A stretch of DNA of 64,000 nucleotides, from IMG/VR virus record IMGVR_UViG_3300037068_000078, positions 1 to 64,000 of that record; one strand, given 5' to 3'. Position numbers and translations under genes: made by a program. Positions 1 to 8,847 of this stretch are shown piece by piece; the first letter of the stretch is position 1, and each line of letters starts with the position of its first letter. The notes beneath the pieces were generated by a model. The model made no database searches. It saw nothing but the letters and a program-made list of their open reading frames with translations, and was not told the origin of the DNA. This DNA is from a virus.

Positions 1-62
1 GGGCTCGCGCCATCGCGTCTCTCAAGTATTTCTGGGATTTCTCGTTTGGGAGTAAAGCTCTT

Positions 63-335
63 TTGCTTCTCCTCATTGCCGTTTCATTCTCAGCATGCGC
101 GGCCCAACACCCGCAGCTTGAGAACACCGTTGTAAAAGCGCGGCCAACCTCCCCGCGCCCGCGTGCAATCGCCGTGCGTCCCCACGCGGTTGCAGCAAAG
201 CCGGGGCCGGTGGCTGTTGATCAGCCAGCTGCTACCGCCCCGGTGATTGCTAGGCCAGCCACGGTCAAGCGTCCCAACTGGTGGCAGCGGCTCCGCGCTA
301 AGTTTCACCGCAAGCCCAAGCCCGCCACCAACTGA
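63..335 (+). CDS. Putative lipoprotein/exported Pro-rich basic protein (true start may lie upstream of the window)
   Basis: Hydrophobic stretch ending in lipobox-like FSAC. The frame is open back to position 3. Stop overlaps the terS start (TGATG). Confidence 0.45.
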   Translation: MLLLIAVSFSACAAQHPQLENTVVKARPTSPRPRAIAVRPHAVAAKPGPVAVDQPAATAPVIARPATVKRPNWWQRLRAKFHRKPKPATN

Positions 336-883
336 TGGTGGGCGGAGTCAAGAAGAAGGCGACGAGGGACACAGCCGAGAGGCAGGTGGACGACCGCGCC
401 TTCAACCCCACGCAGGAGATCTCGTTCACGAGCCTAGCTGCAACGATGAACTGCAGCACCCGGACTCTGCAGATCATGATAGATGGTGGCTACATCATCA
501 AGAGCAAGAGCGGGGGCTATCAGTTGAACACTGCGGTCCAGGGTGCTATGCGCTACAAGAGCGACCACGGCACCAAGAAGGGCGCGACCAAGGAGGCTGC
601 AGCGAGTCGAGTGCAGGAAGCCCGCGCGATCCAGATCGAGCAGGAGACGGCGCTGGCGGCGAAGGAGCTCATCAGCATCAGTGAGCACGTGGCGATCGTG
701 GACATCGTCGTCGGCACGGTGCGAGACATGTACAACAGCCTGTCCGCTCGCTACACGCGAGACCGCGAGGAGCGGGCGAAGCTGACACGGCTCTGCGAGC
801 AGGACATGAAGGGCCTGTCCGATAAGTGGGCACGACTGGCTAAGTCTGCAGAGGACGAAGCCGCAAACGAGGACGAGGAATGA
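335..883 (+). CDS. Terminase small subunit (Nu1-like)
   Basis: N-terminal HTH-like segment (SLAATMNCSTRTLQ), then a coiled coil (ARAIQIEQETA...ELISI). Lies directly upstream of GpA-type TerL. Confidence 0.8.
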   Translation: MVGGVKKKATRDTAERQVDDRAFNPTQEISFTSLAATMNCSTRTLQIMIDGGYIIKSKSGGYQLNTAVQGAMRYKSDHGTKKGATKEAAASRVQEARAIQIEQETALAAKELISISEHVAIVDIVVGTVRDMYNSLSARYTRDREERAKLTRLCEQDMKGLSDKWARLAKSAEDEAANEDEE

Positions 884-987
884 CGAACATGCCAAATCCC
901 TACGCGCCGAGCCAGCCAGCGAATCCATACGGGCAGCAGCCGCCGAGCCCCCAGCCTCAGGATGATCCGCTGTTCATCGAATGTTAG
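880..987 (+). CDS. 35-aa P/Q-rich peptide coupled to terS and in frame with terL across a single TAG
   Basis: ATGA overlap with the terS stop. Translates as MTNMPNPYAPSQPANPYGQQPPSPQPQDDPLFIEC*, followed by TAG CCC TCA ATG(994). Confidence 0.5.
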   Translation: MTNMPNPYAPSQPANPYGQQPPSPQPQDDPLFIEC

Positions 988-993
988 CCCTCA

Positions 994-3069
994 ATGCCTG
1001 ACTTCTCATACATCGATCGCGGCAAGAGGGCTGCTGCTCTCTACCGCGCATCGCTCAACATCGTTCCGCGCCCCCGTCAGAAGCCTGACGAGTGGGGCGC
1101 GTTGAACCGCGTGTACCCTGCGCACACCGGCGTCCCTGGCCCGCGAGACCCCAACCTCACTCCGTATGCGATTGAGTGGGCACGCGTGCTCGGTGCCAAC
1201 GTGAGCGGTGGTCCTCTGTACATTCGTGGCGTGCTGGCGTGCGGAGCCCAGATGGGCAAGACGGATAGCATGCTCGACGTCATCGGCGAGCGCATGGACA
1301 ACCGGCCGAGCCCCATCATCTATGTGGGGCCGAACAAGGAGTTCAACGTCGACCAGTTTGAGCCGCGTCTCATGCAGCTATTCGACGAGTCCGAGAACCT
1401 CGGCGCGAAGCTGGCACGCGGCAAGCGTATGAAGAAGACACGCAAGCTTGTGTCCGGTGTTCCCGTGCGCTTGGCACATGCGGGCTCGTCCACCGCGCTT
1501 AAGAGCGACCCGGCTGCTCTGGCGTTGGTGGACGAGTACGATGAGATGATGGGGAACATCCGTGGACAGGGTGACCCTCTCGGTCTCGTCGAGGCGCGTG
1601 GCTTCACGTATGCAGACTTTGTAACCGGCATCTCAAGTACGCCTTCCTTGGGAGCCGTGGAGTGCGATGAGCCTGACCCTGCCAGTGGGCTCATCTTCTG
1701 GAAGCCGTCTCACCCAGATGACGTCAAGTCTCCCATATGGAGACTCTTCCAGGGGGGCACCATGCACCATTGGTGCTGGAGGTGCCCGCACTGTGATCAA
1801 TGGTTCGTGCCACGCATGAACCTCCTCAGCTGGACCCACGCGAAGCGCCAAGGGCGCGAGCAGGCCAGCCCCACCGAGGCACGCCGCACGGCGTATCTCG
1901 AGTGTCCGCGCTGCCACAAGCACATCGAGGACAAGTGGCGCACGGTGCTGAATGAGACGGGCCGCATGGTGGCTCCCGGGCAGTCGATCGACGAGGACGG
2001 CAACGTCTGTGGAGATCCCCCCGACTCACAGACCGCGAGCTTCTGGGTATCTGGCCTGTGCTCTCCGTTCCGCACCTTCGGCGAGCGAGCGCAGGACTTG
2101 GTCACTGCAGAGAACAGCGGTGACTCGCATGAGATACAGACCATTGTGAACTCGCGCTTCGGCGAGTGCTACATCAACCTCGCGGGCGACGCGCCGGAGT
2201 GGGCGCACGTCAAGGCGCACGCCAACATCTACGAGCGCGGCACCGTGCCGAGTGACGTCGTCAAGCTCGTGATGACAGTTGACGTGCAGAAGAACCGGAT
2301 CATGTGGTTGGTGCGCGGCTGGGGTGCGCGCGGCACCAGCTGGCTCGTGGACTACGGTGAGCTCTGGGGCGAGACGTTCGAGGCGGGGGTGTGGGATGAT
2401 CTCGCGGACCTGATCAAGCAGCCCTGGGACGGCATGGATCTCAACTTGGTGCTGGTGGACTCGGGCTTCCGCCCCGGCAAGAAGGACGAGATGCCCATCA
2501 ACCGGGTGTACGACTTCTGTCGCAGGTTCAGCTCGCTGGTGAAGCCCACCAAGGGCAGCAGCACGCCGATGCGCACGCCGATCAGCAAGGCGAAGGCCGA
2601 GGTGACGCGCAAGGCAAGTGCCGCGCGGTACGGGCTCGAGGTGGTACGGCTCGACACCGATCGCTGGAAGTCCTTCGTGCACGAGAAGGTGAAGTGGCCG
2701 GACGACAGCCCCGGTGCGTGGCACCTGTTCGCAGACGTCAGCGACGACTACTGCAGGCAGATCGTCTCGGAGTCGCGCGTCATCCATGAGTCTGGTCGCG
2801 TGGAGTGGGTACGCCGCAACAAGGAGAACCACTTCCTCGACTGCGAGGCGATGCAGGGTGCAGCCAGCTACATGCTGAACATGCAGCGCATGAAGGAGCG
2901 CCCACACGTACAGCGTGAGGAGGACCACAGTCCGCCGCCGGAGCAAGGTGCTCGCGTGCTGGTGCAGGGTCCTGATTACAGTGAGACGAAGCAGGAGCTA
3001 ACCACTCATGCTCAGCAAATAAGCGCCACGCGTAAGCGTACGAGCCTCGCAGACCGCCTGCCCAAGTGA
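994..3069 (+). CDS. terL: Terminase large subunit, lambda GpA family
   Basis: Walker A-like GAQMGKT, Walker B ALVDEYD, ISSTP motif, CPHC/CPRC Zn motif, nuclease TVDVQ, C-terminal ENHFLDC. Confidence 0.95.
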   Translation: MPDFSYIDRGKRAAALYRASLNIVPRPRQKPDEWGALNRVYPAHTGVPGPRDPNLTPYAIEWARVLGANVSGGPLYIRGVLACGAQMGKTDSMLDVIGERMDNRPSPIIYVGPNKEFNVDQFEPRLMQLFDESENLGAKLARGKRMKKTRKLVSGVPVRLAHAGSSTALKSDPAALALVDEYDEMMGNIRGQGDPLGLVEARGFTYADFVTGISSTPSLGAVECDEPDPASGLIFWKPSHPDDVKSPIWRLFQGGTMHHWCWRCPHCDQWFVPRMNLLSWTHAKRQGREQASPTEARRTAYLECPRCHKHIEDKWRTVLNETGRMVAPGQSIDEDGNVCGDPPDSQTASFWVSGLCSPFRTFGERAQDLVTAENSGDSHEIQTIVNSRFGECYINLAGDAPEWAHVKAHANIYERGTVPSDVVKLVMTVDVQKNRIMWLVRGWGARGTSWLVDYGELWGETFEAGVWDDLADLIKQPWDGMDLNLVLVDSGFRPGKKDEMPINRVYDFCRRFSSLVKPTKGSSTPMRTPISKAKAEVTRKASAARYGLEVVRLDTDRWKSFVHEKVKWPDDSPGAWHLFADVSDDYCRQIVSESRVIHESGRVEWVRRNKENHFLDCEAMQGAASYMLNMQRMKERPHVQREEDHSPPPEQGARVLVQGPDYSETKQELTTHAQQISATRKRTSLADRLPK

Positions 3070-3545
3070 ACCTCCGCATAGCAGAGGCGATGTTTGTTGT
3101 CGCTGGCCTGCTCATCGTCTACGCTCTTTTGGAGATAATTATGAACCAAGTAAGGCCGCGCGGTGAGTGGATCATCCGCTTGGTGGCCCTCGCAGGGCTG
3201 CTGCTCACTGCCTGGATCTCGATCGTGCCCTCGTTCGGTCGCGACGTTGATGGCCGCTACGCTGACTCGCCACTCAAGCCGTGGTTCGACAGCCTGCGCA
3301 GTGGCAAGGGGCCGTGCTGCAGCGACGCTGACGGCACCGCGCTGAGTGACACGGACTGGGACTTCAAGAACGGACACTACCTCGTGTTCATCGAGAACAA
3401 GTGGTGGGTGGTCCCCGATGAGGCCGTCATCAAGGAGCCCAACAAGGTGGGGCGAACCATGGTGTGGCCGACCTACTACCGCGCGAACGGCGTGCAGCTG
3501 GACCGCGTTGATATCCGTTGCTTCATGCCCGGGAGTATGACCTGA
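3066..3545 (+). CDS. Membrane-anchored Cys-containing hypothetical protein
   Basis: Two hydrophobic helices, then WFDSLRSGKGPCCSDADG...IRCFMPG. GTGA/TGATG coupling on both sides. Confidence 0.7.
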   Translation: MNLRIAEAMFVVAGLLIVYALLEIIMNQVRPRGEWIIRLVALAGLLLTAWISIVPSFGRDVDGRYADSPLKPWFDSLRSGKGPCCSDADGTALSDTDWDFKNGHYLVFIENKWWVVPDEAVIKEPNKVGRTMVWPTYYRANGVQLDRVDIRCFMPGSMT

Positions 3546-3847
3546 TGCCATTAGTGGGCGGGAACTTCGGCATTCCGATCGGTGGGGGCAGCACGTCAAC
3601 CGCGCAGATCAACAAGACCTCCTTCGCGGGCATGACGCTCGCGCAGGTGCAGTCCTACTACACGTTGCTCCAGACTGCATACCTGGACCTGACGCTGGGC
3701 AACAAGCCGATCACGGTGAGCTACGAGGGTAAGTCGGTCACGTACACCGTGGCTGATGCCAATCGACTTAAGGAACTCAGAGACGAGGCCGCCCAGCTGC
3801 TCGGCTACGGCAGGCAGCGTCGCGCACTTCGCCCCTACTTCAGATAG
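3545..3847 (+). CDS. Head completion protein, gpW family
   Basis: AYLDLTLGNKPITVSYEGKSVTYT motif with a basic C-terminus. Lies between TerL and portal. Confidence 0.85.
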   Translation: MPLVGGNFGIPIGGGSTSTAQINKTSFAGMTLAQVQSYYTLLQTAYLDLTLGNKPITVSYEGKSVTYTVADANRLKELRDEAAQLLGYGRQRRALRPYFR

Positions 3848-3858
3848 GAGAGACCACG

Positions 3859-3996
3859 ATGGAAGTTTGGACACGCGTTCACGGAGCCGACGCTCGCACG
3901 CAACCCACGCAGGCGAGCACTGTCTCGCTCGTCACGGGTGGCGGTGGCAAGTCCGTCGTGACCACGACACACAGCACCAGCGGCAAGGGCCGGTAG
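3859..3996 (+). CDS. 45-aa hypothetical protein
   Basis: SD AGGAG before ATG. Fills the gap between gpW and portal. Confidence 0.45.
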   Translation: MEVWTRVHGADARTQPTQASTVSLVTGGGGKSVVTTTHSTSGKGR

Positions 3997-4006
3997 AGTA
4001 TCAAGC

Positions 4007-5653
4007 ATGCCTGAAGGCAAGGGAGTTCAGTTCCTCGATCAGTACGGCGCACCCATGCAGCCGCAGCGCAGTCGCGTTGCGCTGAATGGCGGCGGCCCCG
4101 GTGGCAGAGGGAACATCCCCTATGACGCGGCTGACATCTATGGTCAGCACATGTCTGAGTGGAGGCCGTTCCTGTGGAGTCCGGACGGCGAGATCAACAT
4201 GTACCGCGACCGCATTGTGTCGCGGGTGCGGGATCTCGTTCGGAACGATGGCTGGGCCAGTGGTGCTGTAACCCGCATTCTGGACAACGCCGTGGGTGGC
4301 AACCTGCGGCCCATCCCCAAGCCGGACTATCGCTGGCTGGCGCAATACACTGGCAACAAGGCGTTCGATCACGCTTGGGCCAAGGAGTACGCACGGGCCA
4401 TTGACGCCTACTGGCGCACGTGGGCTCTCGACATGGGCCGGTGGTGTGACGCCACGCGCAACCAATCATTCGGTGAGCTCATGTTCACCGGCTTCCGCCA
4501 CAAGCTGATTGACGGTGATGCTCTCGCCGTCATGCAGTACATTCCCGAGCGCCTTGGCTATGGACGCGCGCACTACGCGACGGCTGTCCAGCTGGTAGAC
4601 CCGGACCGTCTCTCTAATCCCCAGTTGCGTTTCGACTCGATGACCATGCGAGGCGGGGTTGAGATCGACAGTTACGGCGCTGCGATCGCTTACCACATCC
4701 GCAAGGCTCACGCGGGCGACTGGTTCAGCGCTAGGGAGTCGCTCACCTGGGAGCGCGTCCCTCGCGAAACGGACTGGGGCCGCCCCGTCGTGGTTCACGA
4801 CTTCGATGGTGATCGAGCGTCGCAGAATCGCGGCGGGGCTGGGATCTTCGCACCTGTGCTGCAGCGGCTCAAGATGCTGGTGCGGTACGACGGTGCAGAG
4901 TTGGACAGCGCCTTGATCAACGCCATCTTCGCGGCGTACATCGAGTCCCCGTTCGATCAGCAGATGGTGCAAGAGGCGCTCGACGACGGTGAGCACCTGA
5001 ACTACTATCAGCAGGAGCGAGTCAACTTTCACGCTCAATCGAAGCTGGCGCTGGGCAACGCGCGTATCCCGATCATGTTCCCGGGCGAGAAGATCAACAC
5101 GGTCAACTCCTCGCGCCCGAGCGACAACTTCAAACCGTTCGAGAACGCCGTGCTGCGGAACGTGGCAGCTGGCGTGGGCCTCTCTGCGCAACAGATCAGC
5201 AATGACTGGAGCGACGTGAACTACAGCAGCGCACGCGGTGCGCTTCTCGAGGCATGGAAGACGATCGATCGGAGGAGGGATGACTTCACACTTCACTTCG
5301 CGTCTCCCATCCGTGGCTGCGTTCTTGAAGAAGTTCACGCCATGGAGGACGTCCCCCTCCCCAATGGTGCACCGGACTTCGCCGAGTGCCGCACCGCCTA
5401 CTGCCGCGCCAAGTGGCTCGGGCCTGCGCGTGGCTGGATCGATCCTACATCGGAAGCGCAGGCGGCCATTCTAAGGATGGACGGTGCGCTCAGTACGCTC
5501 GAGGACGAGTGCGCTCAGCAGGGCCTGGACTTCGAGGACGTGCTGGAGCAGCGTCGCTACGAGATCGGCTTGTTCACTGAGTACGGCATCCCGCTGCCCG
5601 AGTGGTCCGGGATACAGCCGATTCCCGCAAACGAGACCAAGAAGCCAAAGTGA
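4007..5653 (+). CDS. Portal protein, lambda family
   Basis: RVRDLVRND, RGGVEID.YG...AYHI, DWSDVNYSSAR, RGWIDP motifs. Confidence 0.95.
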   Translation: MPEGKGVQFLDQYGAPMQPQRSRVALNGGGPGGRGNIPYDAADIYGQHMSEWRPFLWSPDGEINMYRDRIVSRVRDLVRNDGWASGAVTRILDNAVGGNLRPIPKPDYRWLAQYTGNKAFDHAWAKEYARAIDAYWRTWALDMGRWCDATRNQSFGELMFTGFRHKLIDGDALAVMQYIPERLGYGRAHYATAVQLVDPDRLSNPQLRFDSMTMRGGVEIDSYGAAIAYHIRKAHAGDWFSARESLTWERVPRETDWGRPVVVHDFDGDRASQNRGGAGIFAPVLQRLKMLVRYDGAELDSALINAIFAAYIESPFDQQMVQEALDDGEHLNYYQQERVNFHAQSKLALGNARIPIMFPGEKINTVNSSRPSDNFKPFENAVLRNVAAGVGLSAQQISNDWSDVNYSSARGALLEAWKTIDRRRDDFTLHFASPIRGCVLEEVHAMEDVPLPNGAPDFAECRTAYCRAKWLGPARGWIDPTSEAQAAILRMDGALSTLEDECAQQGLDFEDVLEQRRYEIGLFTEYGIPLPEWSGIQPIPANETKKPK

Positions 5654-5660
5654 GGACACA

Positions 5661-5831
5661 ATGGAACTAGCAGCTATTGCACTTGCCGCCATTTTGTTGG
5701 TGGCGGGCATCGCCTACCTCGTGACCAGGAAGTCGACGGCCGTCGGCGGGGCAGCACCGGGACCCACCACACCAGCTGAGTCACCGCCGCAGGGAACCAA
5801 CACCAACCCGCCGAACGCACCTAGCTCGTAG
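5661..5831 (+). CDS. Small single-pass membrane protein
   Basis: SD GAGGA. N-terminal TM helix and Pro-rich tail. Confidence 0.6.
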   Translation: MELAAIALAAILLVAGIAYLVTRKSTAVGGAAPGPTTPAESPPQGTNTNPPNAPSS

Positions 5832-5838
5832 GTGCACG

Positions 5839-6186
5839 GTGACTAAGCTCTCAAGCGTACTGCGTAGTACACACGATGGGTACTCGCATTACTGCCCAGC
5901 GTGTGAGAGCCTGCACTACATTCGTACGAAGGGCGCGCATGCCTGGGAGTTCAACTATCGCGTTGAGTCTCCCTCGTTCAACCCCTCTGTCAAGGTGGAG
6001 TACAATGGTCAGGACGCGGATACGCGCCCTGCCTACCGTGACGGGCACCGCGCTCCCTCGCGCGTCTGCCATTACTTTCTCATCCATGGTGAGCTCCTCT
6101 TCTGCACCGACTGCACGCACGAGATGGCTGGCAAGCGGGTGAAGCTTCCAGACATTCCACACGACGGTTATGAGGACTTCGAATGA
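5839..6186 (+). CDS. DUF6527-like putative Zn-binding protein
   Basis: CPAC..H, W.FN...PSFNPSV, CHYF...G...FCTDCTH pattern. Confidence 0.7.
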   Translation: MTKLSSVLRSTHDGYSHYCPACESLHYIRTKGAHAWEFNYRVESPSFNPSVKVEYNGQDADTRPAYRDGHRAPSRVCHYFLIHGELLFCTDCTHEMAGKRVKLPDIPHDGYEDFE

Positions 6187-7070
6187 AGACCGTTCCACAG
6201 TTGCTTAGCGAGCCCATGCTGATACTGCCGCAGAAGGCATCCACGATGCTTGAGGCGTGGCAGCGCTTGGGTCTTGAGCGGCACAGCAACGAGCTCGTTC
6301 GGCTTCGACCGCTCGCTGAAGTACTCGGCGAACGCGCTCCCCCCGATCCCCTGGCTTTCTCCATCGAGGCGGCGGATCGGGGGGATCGAAAGCCCTACCA
6401 AGTGGTGCAGGGTGTTGCGGTGATCGACATCAAGGGCGTGCTCATGCACGAGGTCTCTTTCTGGGGCTGGCTGTTCGGCGATGAGATGGGCTACCCGACG
6501 ATCCGCGAGGCGCTCATGATTGCCAAGGCTGACCCGGAGGTGCGCGGCATTGCGCTGGATGTAAACTCGCCCGGTGGCATGGTCAGCGGGTGCTTCGATC
6601 TCGCGGACACCATGTACGAAATGCGCGACGAGAAGCCGGTGTGGGCGATCATCGATGAGTCCTGCTACAGCGCGGCGTATGCGCTGGCCTCGACCGCTGA
6701 TCGCATCATACTCCCGCGCACGGGCGGCATTGGTTCAGTCGGCGTGATCACCATGCACGTGGACATCACCAAGGCGCTGGATGAGATGGGCGTCAAGGTG
6801 ACCACCATACAATACGGAAAGCGCAAGTCGGACTCCTACCCGACTACACCGCTCTCCAAGGACGCACGGGAGCGCATGCAGGCGGAGATCGATGTACTCG
6901 GTCAGATGTTTGTGGACCTCGTGGCAAGAAATCGCGGCATCGATGCATCCACGGTCCGCGAAACGGAGGCTGGATGCTTTCTTGGTGAGGCCGGTGTCGA
7001 AGTCGGCTTTGCAGATGCAGTGATGCCCGTTGATCAAGCGATCAGCGAACTAATTGAAGAAGTCAACTAA
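6183..7070 (+). CDS. Prohead protease, S49 family
   Basis: LDVNSPGG, CYSAAYALAS, GSVGV motifs. Confidence 0.92.
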   Translation: MKTVPQLLSEPMLILPQKASTMLEAWQRLGLERHSNELVRLRPLAEVLGERAPPDPLAFSIEAADRGDRKPYQVVQGVAVIDIKGVLMHEVSFWGWLFGDEMGYPTIREALMIAKADPEVRGIALDVNSPGGMVSGCFDLADTMYEMRDEKPVWAIIDESCYSAAYALASTADRIILPRTGGIGSVGVITMHVDITKALDEMGVKVTTIQYGKRKSDSYPTTPLSKDARERMQAEIDVLGQMFVDLVARNRGIDASTVRETEAGCFLGEAGVEVGFADAVMPVDQAISELIEEVN

Positions 7071-7095
7071 CGTCCCCAAAAAGGAGAATAGACTA

Positions 7096-7704
7096 ATGAC
7101 TACAGTTTCAGGAGCTCCCACCAGTGGGCTTGCTCGCATTGCGGCCCTGGCCCGTGGCAACAAGGCTGCGAAGAAGGCCGAGGACGACAAGAAGGACGAG
7201 AAGGACGCCGACAAGGGCGGCGATGACGACGACGCCAAGGCCGAGGACAAAGAGGACGACGACGATAAGGCGTCCGACAAGAACCCGGACGAGGAAGAGA
7301 AGTGCGAAGAGGACGACGACTCGGCCGCCGAGGACGATGACGAGGAAGACGACGACAAGAAAAAGAAGGACTCCAAGAAGGCGGCCAAGGCTGCACGCTT
7401 GTCGGAGCGCGCACGCATCAAGAAGATTCTTGGATGCAAGGGTGCGCAGGCCAATCCTGATGGAGCCTTTGCTGCGGCGTTCGATACCAACATGTCGGCG
7501 AGTGAGGCCGTTGCGATCTTGAACATGATGGGTTCCTCGAATACTGCTGCTGAAGAGGCCAATGCTGGCACACGCGAGACCATGCGCCAGCGTCTGGAGC
7601 AGACGCCGTCCCCGACGGTTGGCTCCGGTGATGCCTCGACTCAGCAGCCGGACTTGGCGAACGCCATCATCGCAGCTGGCAAGAAGCGTCGCGGCGAGCC
7701 GTAA
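7096..7704 (+). CDS. Putative scaffolding protein
   Basis: SD AAGGAG. D/E/K low-complexity tract followed by ERARIKKIL. Lies between protease and decoration protein. Confidence 0.65.
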   Translation: MTTVSGAPTSGLARIAALARGNKAAKKAEDDKKDEKDADKGGDDDDAKAEDKEDDDDKASDKNPDEEEKCEEDDDSAAEDDDEEDDDKKKKDSKKAAKAARLSERARIKKILGCKGAQANPDGAFAAAFDTNMSASEAVAILNMMGSSNTAAEEANAGTRETMRQRLEQTPSPTVGSGDASTQQPDLANAIIAAGKKRRGEP

Positions 7705-7757
7705 GCCTCGCCCCTCACACTACTCACGTTCAACCCCTTAAGAAGGAAGCATAGACT

Positions 7758-8795
7758 ATGGCACTCACCGTGGGACTCTACGGAGACAATCCTCAGCAGC
7801 CGTTCATCGCTGCCGAAAGCTACATCCCGGATCAATTGATCGCGGGCAATCTCAAGCTCGTCAGCGAGCAGATCACTGTCTCGGGTAGCGCACAGCTGCC
7901 GCGCGGCACCGTGATGGGCATCTCCAAGTTCGCCGCGCTCACGAGCTCGGTGGGCAAGACGCCCGCCACTGGCACCGTGATCGTTGCGGCCCTGCCCACC
8001 GATGGCGACACCGTCACCATCTTCGGCACCGCCATCACGTTCAACCTGCAGTCGCAGGTGGGTCAGCTACCGCGCCCGCAGCAGGTGTTGTTCACGTCTT
8101 CCATGACCACCGCGCAGGTGGCTCAGGCGCTGCTCGCGGCGTTGAAGGCTTCGAGCGACGCCAACATTGTCAAGGGCACGTACTCGCTCTCGGCTTCGAC
8201 CGTTACGCTGACCTCGGTGGCGTTCGGCACGGGCGCGAATGCTCTTACCCTGGCGACCAGCAACGGTACGGCGTTCACCGTCTCGGGCGCGACGCTCACG
8301 GGCGGCACGGCCAACACGGGCACCGCGACCATCGGCACGATCTCGGGCGGCCCCGCCACCAAGCCGGGCAACTACCTGATCACGCTGACGGGTGCCACCA
8401 CCGGCAACGTGGAAGCGCCGACCGGCGAAGTGATCGGCACGATGACCATGGGCACCGCGTTCGTTGACCCGGAGATCAACTTCACCATCACCACGGGCGG
8501 CTCGCCTGCGGCTGGTGATATCTTCTCGATCAACGTGCCGGACTCCACTCAGGCCAACGTGTGGAAGCTCTGCACGGCTGGTGCAACGGATGGCAGCAAC
8601 GTTCCCGCTGGCATCCTCGCCGATTTCGTCGATCCGACGGGCGGCAACGTCGGTGCAGGTGCGTATGTGCAGGGCGAGTTCAACGCGAATGCCATCGTGT
8701 ATGACTCCTCGCTCAGTGTCTCCACCATCCGTAACGCGTTCCGCGGAAACGGTATCTTCATCAAGAACGCGGTGAGCGCAGCGGATCCCACCTGA
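7758..8795 (+). CDS. Head decoration protein (gpD/HDPD-like) with a large internal insertion
   Basis: N-terminal PDQLIAG...LPRGTVMG and C-terminal ATDGS.VPAGIL...GEFN...GIFIK flank ~210 aa of Thr/Gly-rich beta sequence. Confidence 0.8.
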   Translation: MALTVGLYGDNPQQPFIAAESYIPDQLIAGNLKLVSEQITVSGSAQLPRGTVMGISKFAALTSSVGKTPATGTVIVAALPTDGDTVTIFGTAITFNLQSQVGQLPRPQQVLFTSSMTTAQVAQALLAALKASSDANIVKGTYSLSASTVTLTSVAFGTGANALTLATSNGTAFTVSGATLTGGTANTGTATIGTISGGPATKPGNYLITLTGATTGNVEAPTGEVIGTMTMGTAFVDPEINFTITTGGSPAAGDIFSINVPDSTQANVWKLCTAGATDGSNVPAGILADFVDPTGGNVGAGAYVQGEFNANAIVYDSSLSVSTIRNAFRGNGIFIKNAVSAADPT

Positions 8796-8847
8796 TCCGC
8801 TGAACTTTCCTCGGTCAACGCAACCTCTTTAAGGAGAGAATAGAATT

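Noticed and set aside
1-62. cos site at the window start
   Set aside because: Plausible for a GpA terminase, but no recognisable cosN symmetry, and the reading frame is open through this region.
985-987. Genome-wide TAG recoding
   Set aside because: Several well-defined genes end at TAG at their expected lengths.
7160-7380. GAC/GAG/AAG low-complexity DNA repeats
   Set aside because: Explained by the D/E/K tract of the scaffold-like protein.
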